A stretch of 64,000 nt of DNA, taken from contig OX597818.1 of the NCBI GenBank assembly GCA_951406725.2, positions 24,428,001 to 24,492,000 of the forward strand. The letters are read 5' to 3'. The translations under genes and the position numbers were made by a program. Source of the stretch: Octopus vulgaris (lineage: Eukaryota). Positions 23,546 through 37,818 of this stretch are shown here, piece by piece. The first letter of the stretch is position 1, and each line of letters opens with the position of its first letter. The notes under the pieces were generated by a model, which worked only from the letters and a program-made list of their open reading frames with translations, was not told the DNA's origin and did no database searches.

Positions 23546-26500
23546 CTGAAATGTAGAAACCAAATGTAGCTTTTGATAATATTGGGAGAGAAATATAACC
23601 AAGAAAATACTTAAATATAAATTGACATTTGAAATATAAAGTATTAAGTTTTGAATATAATTAAAAACTAAAGAAACGTCAATAAATTTTCATACACTAT
23701 TCAATATAGAACTGAACTGTAGGTGAGAGAAGTAGAATCAGAGCCCAATTAGAAATACAGACAAATGAATCATTACAATGTTCACTAGTGAGATGGTTGT
23801 ATCAGCTAAATTTAATTAATATTTAATATGTAAAAGAATAAAAAATAGCATTCCATTCTAAATGCTTTATGTGTGTTTAATTACATCTTCTTACATTCCA
23901 TATACAAATTCTAATATTGTTGACTGCTTTTCATCCCTCTTTCATTGATAGAATACCTATCAAGTACTGTGGCTGATTAAATTGACTGCAACTCTTCCCC
24001 AAAATTGGAGTCTAAAATATATATTTTCTTTCAGATTTAGTTTTAATTTTTTTTTTTTTTTTCTTGTCTACTGAAATAAGTGTTTTTACAGTTAAACACG
24101 CTTTGAATTTCTAACCAGTCATCAGTGTGATTAGAGAGATAACTGTTGGTTACACTGTGACAAGCCTTCTGGAGATCCTTTTATATTCTGTGTAAAATCA
24201 TGCTCAAGACCAACTGCTTAAACCTCACTTATGTGAAAAGTTATTGCATCAAGATCAATTAAAATTAATAATCGAGTAAATCCTATAGATTAATATACAG
24301 TGTAAAAAATTCTTCCATCATAAAGCAGATTGCATCACATTCAAACAGATTGTATCACATTGGGAATTAGTAAAAGAAAACTATTAATCTTCGTTTTTGT
24401 GTCTCGTTTGCAAGATTCTTTATGTGAATTCGTGTGTTGAAACAAATTTTGTTGTGTCTAGAGAGAGTCATTATGCCATTATAATTAGCACACACACACT
24501 GGTTCAATTCCACTCCTTTTCTTTATCATTAGTCAATTGATTAACTATCCAACTAACTAATTTGTTTTTGTTTGTCAAAGCTCTTTCATTGCTACTTGCA
24601 ACCTTTTCAATGACTTAGTCCATTATAAAGGCTGTGTTTGTCTGTTGGATATTTCACTAATTGACTAATAATAAGAAAAGGAGTGGACTTGAACCAGTGT
24701 GTGTGTGCTAATTATATTGGCATGATGACTCTCTCTGGACAAAACTATTAAAGTTTTTCCATAAAGTAAAAAGAAAATATTTTTTCCTTATACAACTACA
24801 AACATATTAATACAGATATTCTTCAAATTGTTCTAAAAAAACTTCAATATCAATAAAGTGTTGTGAAATTTCAACATTTTTTAAAACAAAAAGACATGTA
24901 ATGAACATAAAGTGTATCCAATAAATACAATATGTATATACAAAAATAGAAACAAAATGAAGCATTCAAATTATAATATATATCTTCCAATCAGAGCACA
25001 GTGGTACTACATGTAAGAGCAATACTGAATACCAGTCTAATGCCATATATGTAAAGAAATAATGTCATTTTTATGAATTCTTTTTATAAACTTTACATCA
25101 GTTATTATCAGGTTGTATTTAAAGACTGATACATCACATATAATAAATTTGTTTCATCTTAATACTGTAAGGCAAGTATGTAAATTAGATCTAAACAGTG
25201 TACAGTATGAAATACCAAGGGAGAATCTTTTAAAGAATTCTTTCCATAAAGCAAAGAAGTGCTATAACATAAAAATTTACTCAAGCACTGATTATGACTA
25301 AGACTATGTAAGAGGGTTAAGGTAGACTTGTACTTATTCCAAAACATAAAGGGATGTAATTATCATTGGTTATTTAAAACACAGCAGCTAAGTTGGAAAA
25401 AGTTTAAAAAAAACAAAAAAACTCTGAATATTTTTCATAAAGATAGGTGCCAGCATGGCTGAGTGTTTTAGAAGCTCACTTTACAACTGTGTGATGTTGG
25501 GTTCAGTCCCACTGCATAGCACCTTGAGCGAGTCTTTTCTACTATAGCCTTGGGCTGACCATTGCTTTGTAAGTCAATTTGGTGGATGAAACTGTATGGA
25601 AACCCATCGTGTGTGTGTGTATATCTCTGCTTGCCATCTCTCCACCACATGACAACTAGTGTTGGGTTTTTATGTCTCTGTAACTTAGCAGTTCAGCAAA
25701 GGGATCCAATAGAATAAGTACCATACTTTAAAAAATTTACTAGGGTCGATTTGTTCAACTAAATTCTTCAGGGTAGTATGCCCCAACACAGTTGCAGTCC
25801 AATGACTGATAAAAGATAATGCATTTCCCTCCCAGCTAGAACGGTATATGAGATGTACAAAATAAAATTTACATTTTTTCCCATATATAGTAACTAGATT
25901 TAGTAAACAATCTTTATCACTTAATTATGGTATATAAAATGTGAATAATGAATATGACAAGCCAACATTCAAAGAGGGAAGAGGGCAGATGCAGATAAAA
26001 ACAGATTCATTTGAATATGTTATTGGAGGTGCTCTTTCAGTTAGTCTGCACTTTGTTTTTATTTATCTAATGTCGCAAATAGTAATCAATAGCATCAGTG
26101 GTTACGAGCCATATCTGATGGCGAGAGCGATAAAGAAGGAGTGTCAGTGACCCGGGCCAGAACAAATACCACGTGGAACTCACTCAACTTCCTGTTGATG
26201 TTTACATCCTTCGCCGACGTACATCCGTGAAAGACATTGCCCCACGTCAAGCGTCTGTGTCTTCCTGTTTTGTTTTTTTTCTTTACATTTATGACTACAT
26301 TTTCCACTATATCTTTTCTTGAAGACTGATGTGTATAATACGAGGGAGGTTTGGCAGTTATTTCTAATGGGTGTAGAGACTCCTGTAAAATCATAACCTA
26401 AAATAAGATGTTGGAAGGAATAACACTGCACAAAGTACAGTTAAGATTACACAACAGACTTTCTAAATTCAATAAAAATGTTGAAAGCTTTCTATTTTGT

Positions 26501-27093
26501 TTGTGAATGTCCGATGAGGAAATATCATTGATTTCATTTACTTTCATTTCTTTGAGGAACAAGTGAGCGAAGACAAATAGAGTATTTTAACTATGGATCT
26601 GAAATATATTGAGTTTAAAGTAATTTAATTGATAAAAGAAAAAGAAATGATGAAAAAGTAAAACTTAGGCATGTTACTGTTAGTTACTTAGTCCCATGGT
26701 AACCCTCACCGAGCAGACCCACGATCAAAGACACTCCAATCGTAACCATCGTCCTCTTAGAGAATTTTGTGTCCATTGTGCCCTTTCCCTTCTTCAGACA
26801 GTCGGGTGTAAGTGAATATAATTTGGCTGCTGTTTCCAACATATCGAGAGACCGCATAGAAGTTTCTTCGTTGTTTGATGTCGTGTCATAATGAGTCAAC
26901 ATTGTTTTGAAATTTGTATGATTCCTAATAATTCTCACTACAGACACATATATAAAATATTTTTACAAGAAGAATTACAAAAGTAATTGTACTAACCTGT
27001 TTCGAAAAAACTCAAAAGAAAAGTTGGGTCCTTATTGACAATATTTTCCTGTTCTTCTTCTGCGATAACGTTTTCCACGTCCGCTTCTTCCAT
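23408..27093 (-). CDS. SELENOS: Selenoprotein S (SelS/VIMP)-like gene, first two coding exons (partial gene)
   Basis: join(27093-26997, 23545-23408) gives MEEADVENVIAEEEQENIVNKDPTFLLSFFETVKFVFEEYGWILLVVVILLIFAKSFLTPYLYKWRKKRDEEIYYSNY. Acidic N-terminus, YGW followed by a single TM helix, then a basic stretch; GT-AG phase-1 introns. Confidence 0.7.
24451..24745. repeat. ~100-bp inverted repeat related to the PLE pLTR; loop holds hammerhead-variant copy C (24574-24614, minus)
   Basis: Arms 24451-24553 and 24644-24745 are reverse complements; sequence related to 8960-9135. Confidence 0.8.
26060..26275. promoter_or_regulatory. CpG-rich motif cluster in SelS-like intron 1 (UPRE, E-box, ETS-like, FOX-like)
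   Basis: TGACGTGG on minus (26242-26249), CCACGTGG (26169-26176), ACTTCCTG (26187-26194), TGTTTAC (26199-26205), in locally CpG-retaining non-repeat DNA. Confidence 0.35.
26997..27093 (-). CDS. SELENOS: SelS-like coding exon 1
   Basis: ATG at 27093; 97 nt; donor G|GTTAGT. Confidence 0.7.
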
Positions 27094-27379
27094 ATTGGAT
27101 TACCATATGTGAATTACGTGACTTTAGTGGTTTAAGAGTGACTTCCCCTTACTCAACAAAACGCAGCTATTAATGTTTAAAGTTAGAGTTGATAGTAGAG
27201 TCGATGCCCGAAACATTAGTATTTACCTCATATCACGACTCAAATTAAACACCTTATTTTTTATTCCAAACCAATTCTTGTTGATGTAAGCTAAAATTCT
27301 TTCAACTTTTTCATCATTTTCTCTACTAGTTCTTACTACTTTCTCCTACATCGAAAATGTTTTTGAGAAGGGATTAATA

Positions 27380-27670
27380 ACAGAAGACCTTGTTATCCTC
27401 TTTGCAGCATACGACACAATCAACCATAGATATTCGATCAGCAAGATTATGGAGATTATAGAAGGTTTGGAGAATTGATTGAAAATACATTGTTGGAGAA
27501 AGGATTTCTTTGCTGAGTTGGGACGTAAACAGTGTAAGATGAAACCTTGTTTTGTTTCAAGGGAGTGTGCTTGCTCCCTTGCTTTTCAACATCTCCACCA
27601 ATGACCAACCATGAAGTGATGACATGCGCTCATTTGTGTATGCTGATAATCAGAGTACTGCAACACACGT
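27380..27670 (+). mobile_element. Highly decayed LINE RT fragment
   Basis: Remnants AAYDTINH, VSRECACSL (frameshifted QGSVLAP), FVYADN. Confidence 0.5.
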
Positions 27671-30600
27671 TATAAATTTTTCTGAGTTCGTGCCACTTAA
27701 AAAGTGTAGCAGGGCTACATATTTGTAAAATTTTACACTTCCTTTTTCCGAGCTGATATTCGAAACCGAATCTAAGGATTCTCGCCCATCTGATCCACCA
27801 CTAACCAAACAAGCGGAAAAGATATTTCTTTGTGCTGTCAAGAAGTGATAGATGGACTTCCCTACATCCTGAGCTTTGTCATTTAAGGTTCAAGTGGACA
27901 GGAGGCGACCTACATAAGTAGTATTACTCCTGTGGTATGTCTGTCCTTCTAGCTGTCATGACCATTATAAATACAGCAATCTGTTAAGGGACTGCAGATA
28001 GCCATCACTAGACGAACTCTCAAGAGACAGGCAGACAGCCAGCAAGTAGCTTGCGCCAGTCAAGCAGCCAACATAGAACCACATATTCAGCATGAATGAC
28101 CCAATACAGTAGCAGTCGCAGAACATAAGCAGACACCACTGAATGACTAACACACACACACACACAAAACATGCCCGGCTCTACCTCATCACATCAACAC
28201 AGTATTTCCCCTCTTTATTTTCTTCTTCGCCAACTCGAAGCAAGTTGATAATGTCATGTGAAGTTTTTGGTGCATACAACAAGCAAATGCAAATGTCGAT
28301 TAAATAAATTATTTAAACCACAATCCGATGCTTTCCCATTATTTTACTTTGATGTCATCCACATGCCTATTTCATCTGCTACCTTAATGACATCTTTTGC
28401 TACACCTTTCCTGCTACATATTACCTAATATGTTAGTAGACCTGCACAGCAGACAAATATATCAATGAGGTGTCTATCTTCGCTTTGATACACCAGCCTC
28501 ACTTTGATACAGTAGCCTCGTTCTGAGCTACACTGTAGAAACTAGCAGTTCCTGCCAGGCTTTGGTCAAAGACACATGTCTTCTCTACAGTTCCATGTAC
28601 AATCTCCCATGTACGACTCACATGTCTATTCCCCTTGACACAAGATATATGGGTTGTAAACGAAAATATTTTATCACACACACATTCTTAAAATGACTGT
28701 TCCCATTACTCACATGCATACATACTGTAATACAAATATTATGTTACTTCTATCAGTGCAAAAGCAAAAAATCAAAACTTTCCTTGTATGTAAACACACA
28801 TGTTTTTGCATCATACTACATGCTTCCACCTCAAAAGGTGAACACAGAATAAACAATATTTTATGGTGTATTCATACTAACTGTTTTACCATTTAAAAAC
28901 ATGCACTTGAACAGCCAACAACAGCCGCTATAAACACACTCTGTCCACTCTTCTGGGTGGTTGGTGTTAGAAAGGGCATCCAACCAAAACAGACATAGAA
29001 GTCTGGTGCAGTCTTCTTGCCTGGCCAGCTCCTGTCAAACCATCCAACCCATGCCAGCATGGAAGATGAATGTTAAACGATGGTGATGATGATGATGGAA
29101 GAAAGGCTGACAATTTTCCTCTATCAGTGAAGAAAATCATTTCTGTGCTAATTCATTTAAAATATAAGTGTACTTCTTTCAACTAGGAAACTGTGAAGCA
29201 AAGCTCCAACTCCAGACAGCTAGATCTGGAACACTTCTTGAGTACTTTAGCTATCTATTGTACTTAGGAGTTACCATTGATCACTTGCAATTTCTAGACC
29301 AAAGGCAAAAGTCGGTATTCATAATTCTATAAATAAGTTCACAAATACATGATGGTCAGCAAGTGCTCAGATTCTGTGTTCATCAGCTCTAGCTCTCTGC
29401 AACTACACTGCTAAGAATACCAGCCCATATTGGAAAGAGTTCTTCATACTATGAAATTAAATATATCTTTTAATACTTCTTGTTGATTGATCACATGTTT
29501 TAGACCAACAAATATCTGACAGCCTCTACATGTCTTCCTGGGTCTCACTCTTCCACAGGTACCATCCACGTTCAGTGACATGCAATTCTGTATACAGCTG
29601 TCTTGAGTCATATTCTAGCAAGCAGAGCCCCTCTCTTCCCTTTAAACGATTTGCAACTAATATATAGAATAAAGTTCAGTGACAGCAAATATATAAACAG
29701 TATTTAACAATAATGACTAAAGTCCAAATTTAATAAGATTAATTTAACAATGATGAAGAGGTCTACAGAAAAAGGAGTTGTCTGTCACATTCATATCATC
29801 ATCGTCATTGTCATTATTTAACGTCCATCTTCCAAGCATGCATGGGTGGGACAGTTGACAGGAGCCAGCCAGGTAGAAAATCTACCCGTGGCTACTGTAT
29901 CTGTTTTGGCAGAGACTTTATAGCTGGATGCCCTTCCTAACACCTACCACTCTGTAGAATGGACTCAGTGCTTTTTACGTGGCACTAGCACAGGCAAAGT
30001 TAGTTTTGGCATGATTTTTACAGCTGGATGCCCGTCCAGAAGCCAACCACACTACAGTGTGGACTGGATGCTTTTAACGTGGCACCAGCACTGACAGGAT
30101 AACCAAGTAACTCACAAGACAAGGAATTATGAGAGGGACAGGGCATTTATGTCAGTTAGAGTGTGACAGAGAGACTGTAGCAGGTGCAGATATTAGAAGC
30201 AGGGGTGGATATTAGAGGAGGTGATCCAGTATCAAATGATGGAAGGTTTGAGTGTAACAGAGAAACTGAGAAGCAGAAATAGGTGTCTTGCTATAGAGGA
30301 GTAACATGGTTACCCAGTGAGAGAGAGAGAGAAGTACAGAAAGAGGTCAGAAACAGGTATGCTGATGTATAGGTGATACTTGGTTACCTTGTCAGAGGAA
30401 AACAAGAGGAGAGAGAGTGAGAGAAGGAAATAGCAAAAGTGTAAGAGAGAGCAGAAGAGAGATAGTGTAGTGCTGGGGTATACTCATAAGTAACAAGAAT
30501 ATGTGTGTAGAACCTGGTTAGAAAAATAGGGGGTGGGTGTGAGTGGCAGGGCATGTGGGTAGCAGTGATACAGTGAGTATGGTAGTAAGGGAAAGAAAGG

Positions 30601-30987
30601 GTATTGAAAAACAATCATAATGCATGAGGAGGAAATGTGAGGAAGAGACGTAATTAGAAGAGGAGTTGTAATTTGATTCCTGAGGGTAGAGTGGGTGAAA
30701 AGTGTGTTGTTACATGTGTGTGGGATACATCTATTCTAGCACTCAGTTTTGTGGATGGGTTTCCCCTAGGACCTCATATCACCAAACATCTCAATCTACT
30801 GTCGTTTCCTCCATGAACCCTAACATCCTAAGATCAGTCCTCACCACTTCATCCCATGTCTTCCTGGGTCTCCCTCTTCCACAGGTACCATCAACTTTCA
30901 GTGACATGCACTTTTGTATACAGCTGTCTTGACTCATATGCATAACATGTCCAAGCCAACACAATCTCCTCTCCAACACACAACATT

Positions 30988-31034
<47 letters not shown>

Positions 31035-33657
31035 GCGCGCGCACACACACACGCACACCACACACACACGTGTGTGCGTTTGTGTATGATCAGTAGTTCA
31101 TATATCTGAAAAAGAAACACATCTAAAACATTAGAGCAGTAATATATTTAGATGGTTGATTGTTATGGCTGGTCAGAGTGACCATTGGTTTCACACCTAT
31201 AAAGTGCTTAGCTGTATATGTGATTCATGAGACTCAAATGGTTGGAGGCACATAATCTCTCTGCAATTGGCAGGAGGAAACGCCATAGTCAGTTTTATAA
31301 ACAAAAAATATCCCTGCAGGTGGGACAGGGTTTTCTCCCTTACATCGGTTCCAACTTGTGAAGATTTACAATGTTGATGGTATGTTCCTATTTGGTGAAT
31401 GGGAAATTTCAAGCTTGCAACAGGAGACGTCTCTGACGAGGACACTGACTAAACACTCCTTTTCTGGAGTTCAAAAAGGCCCCAGGGTCAAGCAAGTTTT
31501 TCAGGATTCTTTTGCTCCTGTTGATATGTGACCTTCAGTTGTTCGAGAAACCTCCATTTAATTATATATGGCATGCCCTTCTCCTTTAAATGCCTTAAGT
31601 GGCTGACCAGGGATGATATGTTGTGGCTGACCAGTATGCAAAAGGAAGACCTGTGGTTGCTCAAGCACTGCTTAAGGAGGCTGCCTGTAGAACCAACATA
31701 TTACCATGTCTGTGCACTGTCTGTGTTACAGCCATTGTTGTTGCTTTTGTTAACTCTGCTGCTGTTGCTACTGGACCCAATGTAGGAACTATCACCATTG
31801 CTTTTGTTGCTGCATTGTTTTGAGTTCAGTTCCACTGTATGGCACATTGAGTCAGTGACTTCTACAATAGCTTCAGGCTGACCAAAGCCTTGTGAGTGGA
31901 TTTGGTAGATGGAAACTGAAAAGAATCTTGTGTGCGCGCGTGTGTGTGTTTCCCCCACCTCCATTGCTTGAAAACCCATGTTGGTTTCTTTACAGACCAG
32001 TCACATAGTAGCTCAGCAAAAGAAACCCATAGAATAAGTATCGGGTTTAAAAAAACAATTAGTACTAGGGTAAATTCATTTAACTAAAATTCTTCAAGGT
32101 GGTGCTCCAGCATGACCACAGTCTAATGGTCGAAACAAGTAAAAGATAAAATGTGGCTATAAGTTAGTGAAATAGTAAGGCAAGTGGTTGTAAAGTGCTG
32201 GTGAAAGAAGGTTTATTTATCAGATTCATGACCTTTGTCGAGTGGAAAAGCAACTGAAAATGATTGATAAGAACAATGCATATCATCAGACTTTAGAAGG
32301 AAGGAATATAATTGAAAGGTAACATATTAGGAGATAGAGTTTGTGGGTAATAAGAAATGTGTGTGATCATCATGAAAGACTTCAGAAACTCTGGGATCTA
32401 ACAGTTGTTGGAAAATGCAATGGTTTTAGCTATGTTGTGTATTTTCCACTATATCATTTTGTACCATCCTCAGCTCTTTTGTCAGCCCCTGTAGTTAATA
32501 AAAAAATATTATTGATATTATTATTGTCATCATCATTATTATTATTGTGGTAAGCTGGCAGAATAGTTTGTATATGAGACAAAATGCTTAGCAACATTTC
32601 ATCTGTTTCTTTACGCTCTTAATTCAGACTCCACTGAGGTCCCTTTGCCTGTCATCTTTTTGGAATCAATAAAATAAGTACCAGCTAAACACTGGGGTTG
32701 ACTAGTCCTCTCCCCCAAATTACAGTCCTTGTGCCTATAGAAGACTTCTTTTTCTTTTTCCCTCTGTCTTACTGTTGTATACTGTGTATACTTCCCTTCT
32801 TTTATTGTATACCATGTTTACTTTTCTTTCTTTTTATCATTCCATTATATGTAAACCCCAACACTTTATGTCTGTCTTTGTATTGTCCACCTCATCCTTC
32901 ACCCTGGTGGCAAATAAAAGAAACTATTATTATTATTTTTATTTCAATTGTTGTTGATGTTGTTCTACTTCTACTTTTATTTTTCCTAATTATCAGTCCT
33001 AATCTCCTGTCACCGTCACTACCATTTTGTCATCACAGTCGTTGTTATTGACTTTGTCATCATCATCATCATCATCATCACCATCACCATCACCATCACC
33101 ACCACCACCACCATCATCATCAGTCATAGCAGCATTACCATATTTCTTTAATAAAATTTGTTTTCCATCTAGCACTGGATAGATCTACCTAGTAACATAA
33201 CTGCTTAATTTTTCATCTTCTCAGTTATTTCATCAGTAATCACTTGGTTTTTATTATTGTTCTACAGTGTTTCTTGTTTTAACTATTCATCATTTACTCT
33301 TCACTACTTTCAACTAGAACTTTAACCTTCAACTTTGTTAAAACTGTTGACCTCTGCCTTAAGTACTTGTAACTTTCTTGATAATGAAATATATTTTTCT
33401 CATTTGTTCATCGATTTACATATCTCAATCTTATCACGGTTACATTATACTGTATAAATGACTTACCTTAAAAAAAATTAACATATTTGCATCAATCAAG
33501 AGATATATAAGTAAACATGAATAATAATGTTTCAAAGGTCATTTCAAACATTTACTCTCTTGTATTTACATTAATCCGTAAAAGAAGAGTTCTGTAAGAG
33601 ATTATACACGTTTTCTGTTTAAACATTATTTGGTAACATTTATCATTAAAAAAAATT

Positions 33658-33818
33658 ATGGCTGACCCTCTTCCTCGCAAAATGGAAGCTCTCATGAAAA
33701 CATCTGAGAAAGAATCATTTGAACTTAAAACTTTAGATTTACCAGAACCTGTTGGGGACGAAGCACTCATAAAAGTTGAAGTTGTATCACTATGTGGATC
33801 AGATATCAATTTATATAA
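33658..33818 (+). CDS. tdh: tdh-like exon 1
   Basis: MADPLPRKMEALMK...IKVEVVSLCGSDINLY; donor AA|GTAAGT. Confidence 0.88.
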
Positions 33819-33856
33819 GTAAGTTTTTGCTTAAATGAAAATATTTTACCAATATA

Positions 33857-33887
<31 letters not shown>

Positions 33888-34738
33888 CTTCTTCTTCTTC
33901 TTCTTCTTCTTCTTCTTCTTCTTCTTCTTTGCCACCATTATCAGTGCTCTTGCCATGAGCATCATCTTACATTACAAATTGCATTACAAATTGCAGTGGA
34001 ATCTTCAAACAACACTAGAATCTTTACTATTCTTTGGAACACTGTTCACACACACACACACAGAAATATACATACACACACATGCATTCATGCACACACA
34101 CTCACATGTGCATAAACACATGGGTTCAAAATTCATATGCACACAAGCAAACATATTTTATATTCAATATCAAAGAAATTACAATCTGTATTTTGGAAAG
34201 ATAGTCAAAATCAAAATGGAATGGAATAATACAAGAAAATTATTATTTTTCCATGAGAGGATTTTTATGGACTTAGAGAAAGGAAAATACTAAAATTATA
34301 TTAATTCTATGACCTCATCCATAATTTCCCAACAGTTTTCCACATATTGGTTCTAAATTTTAGCACAGGGCCAACAATTTTGTAGGTGCAGGTAAGTCAA
34401 TTACAGTGACCTTAGTGCTCTACTGTTATTTATTTTATCAACCCCAAAAGGATGGAAAGCAAAGTCTACCTCAGTGGAATTTGACCTGAGAATGTAAAGA
34501 TGGATGAACTGTCAATAAACATTTTGCCTGGTGTGGTAACAATTCTGCCAGCTCAGTATTTTAACTTCTCTACATATTAAGTACAAGCTTGACTGTGATA
34601 AGAGGCTTGCTTCCCAATCATGTGGTCTTGGGTTCTGTCCTTTGCATGGAAAACTTGAGCAAGTGTCTTCTACTGTAGCCCTGGGCTGACCAATGCCTTG
34701 CAAATGGATTTGGTAGACAGAAACTGAAAGAAACCTGT

Positions 34739-34799
<61 letters not shown>

Positions 34800-37764
34800 G
34801 CGTGTGTGCCTTGACAACCAGTTTTGGTGTATTTACATCTTGTTATTTAGTAGTTCAGCAAATGAGACTGATAGAATAAATACCAAACTTTAAAGATAAG
34901 TACTGGAAGCAATTTGTTCCACTAAACCCTTCAAGGCAATACCCCAGCACGGCCACAATCCAATGACTGAAAGAAGTAAAAGATAAGAGATATTCTTTCA
35001 CAAATTTGTATTATATTGAAATTTGTATTATAATACAAATTTGTATAATAATAATAATAATGAAATTATTGTATACAGTGCTCAGGTGCACCACAACTTG
35101 TCAGAGTATATGCAGTAATGTACAAATGTCTGGAAAGCGAACAATGCATCAGTCACATACGTGCTTGTGTGTGTATGGAGGGGAGAAAATCAGGTGTAGT
35201 GTTGGCGAATCTCAGAAAGTATGGAAGTTTTGAAGGATGCAGTGCTCTGACAACTAACAACTGATGCCGGCAGTTTGTTCCATGCTTCAGCAACTCTCAG
35301 CATGAAAAAATATTTCCTGAAGTCATGGGAGCTGTGCTGTTTTCTGACTTTGTAAATATGTCCACAGGTGTTAGATGGGTGGAGTTTGAAAAGGTGCTCA
35401 GAGCTATTGTTTGTACGATGGTTGATAATTTTATGGGTGTCTGCCAAGTCAGCTGCCAGACGTCGGAGTTTCAATGTGTCCATGCCCAGGGAAGTAAGGC
35501 ATTCAGAATATGGCAAATGCCTGATGGAGGGTATTCTTTTGGTTGCACGTCGCTGAACGGCTTCCAGACGATTGATATCCTGGGCAAGATAGGGGTTGCA
35601 GACCAGTGATGCAAATTCCAGGTGAGGTCTTACCATAGCTATATAAAGCCGCAGATAGATAGTCGGAGAGCGGCTCACAAAGGATTTGGTGAGTGATGCC
35701 AAGACACCCTCAGCCTTCTTGACAATTTTAGCGATATGTTTTGTCCAACGCAAATCACTGTTGACAATAACACCCAGGTCACGTTCACATGAAGACTTTT
35801 TCAGACTAGTGTTGTGGAGGGAGTAGGTGGACGCTGGGTTTCTCCTCCCAAAATGCATGGTGGTACATTTGTCCACAGCCAGCTTGAGTTGCCAGTCCAT
35901 GATCCACTGCTGCATTGTGTCCAGGTCTGCTTGCAATATAGATCTATAGTGTACAGGATCTGACCTCTTTATTTCGAGGTACAGCTTGATGTCATCTGCA
36001 TATTTCAGCACTGTGGCATTCTTTAAGTTGGCATCTATGTCATTAACATATGCAACAAATAAAAGGGGGCCAAGAACAGATCCCTGTGGTACACCAGATG
36101 TCATCTCATAGGGCGAAGAGTGCTGTCCTAGAACTGTGACAACCTCTTTTCGGCCAAAAATAAAGGACTTCAACCAGTTATAGAGTTCGTCTCTTACGCC
36201 CAACGCAGAAAGCTTCACCATAAGTCTTTTGTGTGGCACAAAGTTATAAGCCTTAGCAAAGTCCAGGTAAACAAAATCCACCCAGGATCCGCGATCAGTG
36301 ATTTGGGTAATGTCCTCAAGAAACTCAATGAGTTGATTACAGCAGCTGGAGTTAGGAATAAATCCGAATTGTGACGGCTGGATGAGGCTGTGAGATTTCC
36401 AGAAGTTCCAGAGGGTTTCTCTGATACAGGATTCCATCAGTTTGGCGATGCAGCTAGTAAGACTAACGGGGCGATGTGCAGTCACCTTTTTTGAATAGAG
36501 GGATAACACTGGCAGTTTTCCACTGTTCTGGAGTAACACCATTGTCAAGACAGAATTGGAAGAATAGAGAAAGTTGGCTTAGAAGAAAGTACCAACTGCA
36601 TTTGAGAAGTAGGTATGTAACACCATCGAGACCAGGAGAGGCATAGTTGCGTTTATTCTTAAGGTGGCGTTGTAGCATTGCTGGTGTAAATTGCATAGTA
36701 GATATGGATTATAGTAAAAACGAACGAAAAAACATTATATAGGCTATGATTTATTTATCTTCTGACTGTATAAAGATGTCTGAACATTCTATATTTCTTA
36801 TTGCCATTCAAAACACAAAGCCTTATTTATGCTCTCTTGGCAGAATTTGAAATTCCCTATAGATTAGATATTGGAAAAGGTAATTGAAAATATTTTTTTG
36901 AAATGCCACTTCCAATGTGTTAAGCTTCCATTTATTTTTCATGATATTTCTCCTGTATTTGAACATTGATGTCCTGCATACCTTTTACCCTTGAGATTAT
37001 AATCCAAAACTGGAATTGTCAAATATCCCATTAGTCTTTTTAATATAAGGCTTACTCTTCTCCTCTTATATCTTGCTATTTGTTAGCCAATAGATTTTTG
37101 CTTGATTTTGTCCAAAGGTTTTTGTTGTTCACACTTTCAGGATATCTTAATGGTTAAGATATTCCTTAGGCATCTGTTCACAAATGTTTGGAGCTTTCAA
37201 AGGATATTTGCATTCATTTGCCATATTTTGGAATCATATAGCAGGACAGATTTGATGCTACTAAAGAAAATTCTCAGTTTAATAAGTTTGGACAGAACCT
37301 TTGCCTTCCAAATATGCTTTATGATTTTAAAGGACATGATTTACTCTTCCAATTCTCATTTCAATGTCCTCCTCTGCACTTCCAGTTACAGATATAATGC
37401 TTCTTAGATGTAAGAAACATTTCACTTCATTCAACATATCGTTTTCAATCATGATTGAGCGAAAATTTACTAAATCACCTCTCTTGTATTTCTTTGAAAG
37501 AGGTGATTCAACAAATCTTCTTATTTTTTCATTTAAGTTTTTACAGTTACAATATTAATTTTATTGTTATTAATGTCAGTTATGTTTCAGTTTTGAAGAG
37601 CACAGGGCTGAAGTATCTCCTGACTCTGAAGAAACATCTTAATCTTTATTATACTAGTTTGGCAATGTTATAAGTGTGGGAATATCATGAATGATCTGCA
37701 AATTGTGAGATTTGGGATTTACAGTGATTTGTGAGTTTTAACTGTATCATAAATATTATTTCTA

Positions 37765-37818
<54 letters not shown>

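Noticed and set aside
24070-24130. CTGATGA...GAAA on minus as possible hammerhead, C/D snoRNA or SECIS
   Set aside because: No valid stem II/III, no D box, wrong SECIS spacing
33453-33458. TATAAA about 200 nt upstream of the tdh ATG
   Set aside because: Expected by chance in very AT-rich DNA; no TSS evidence
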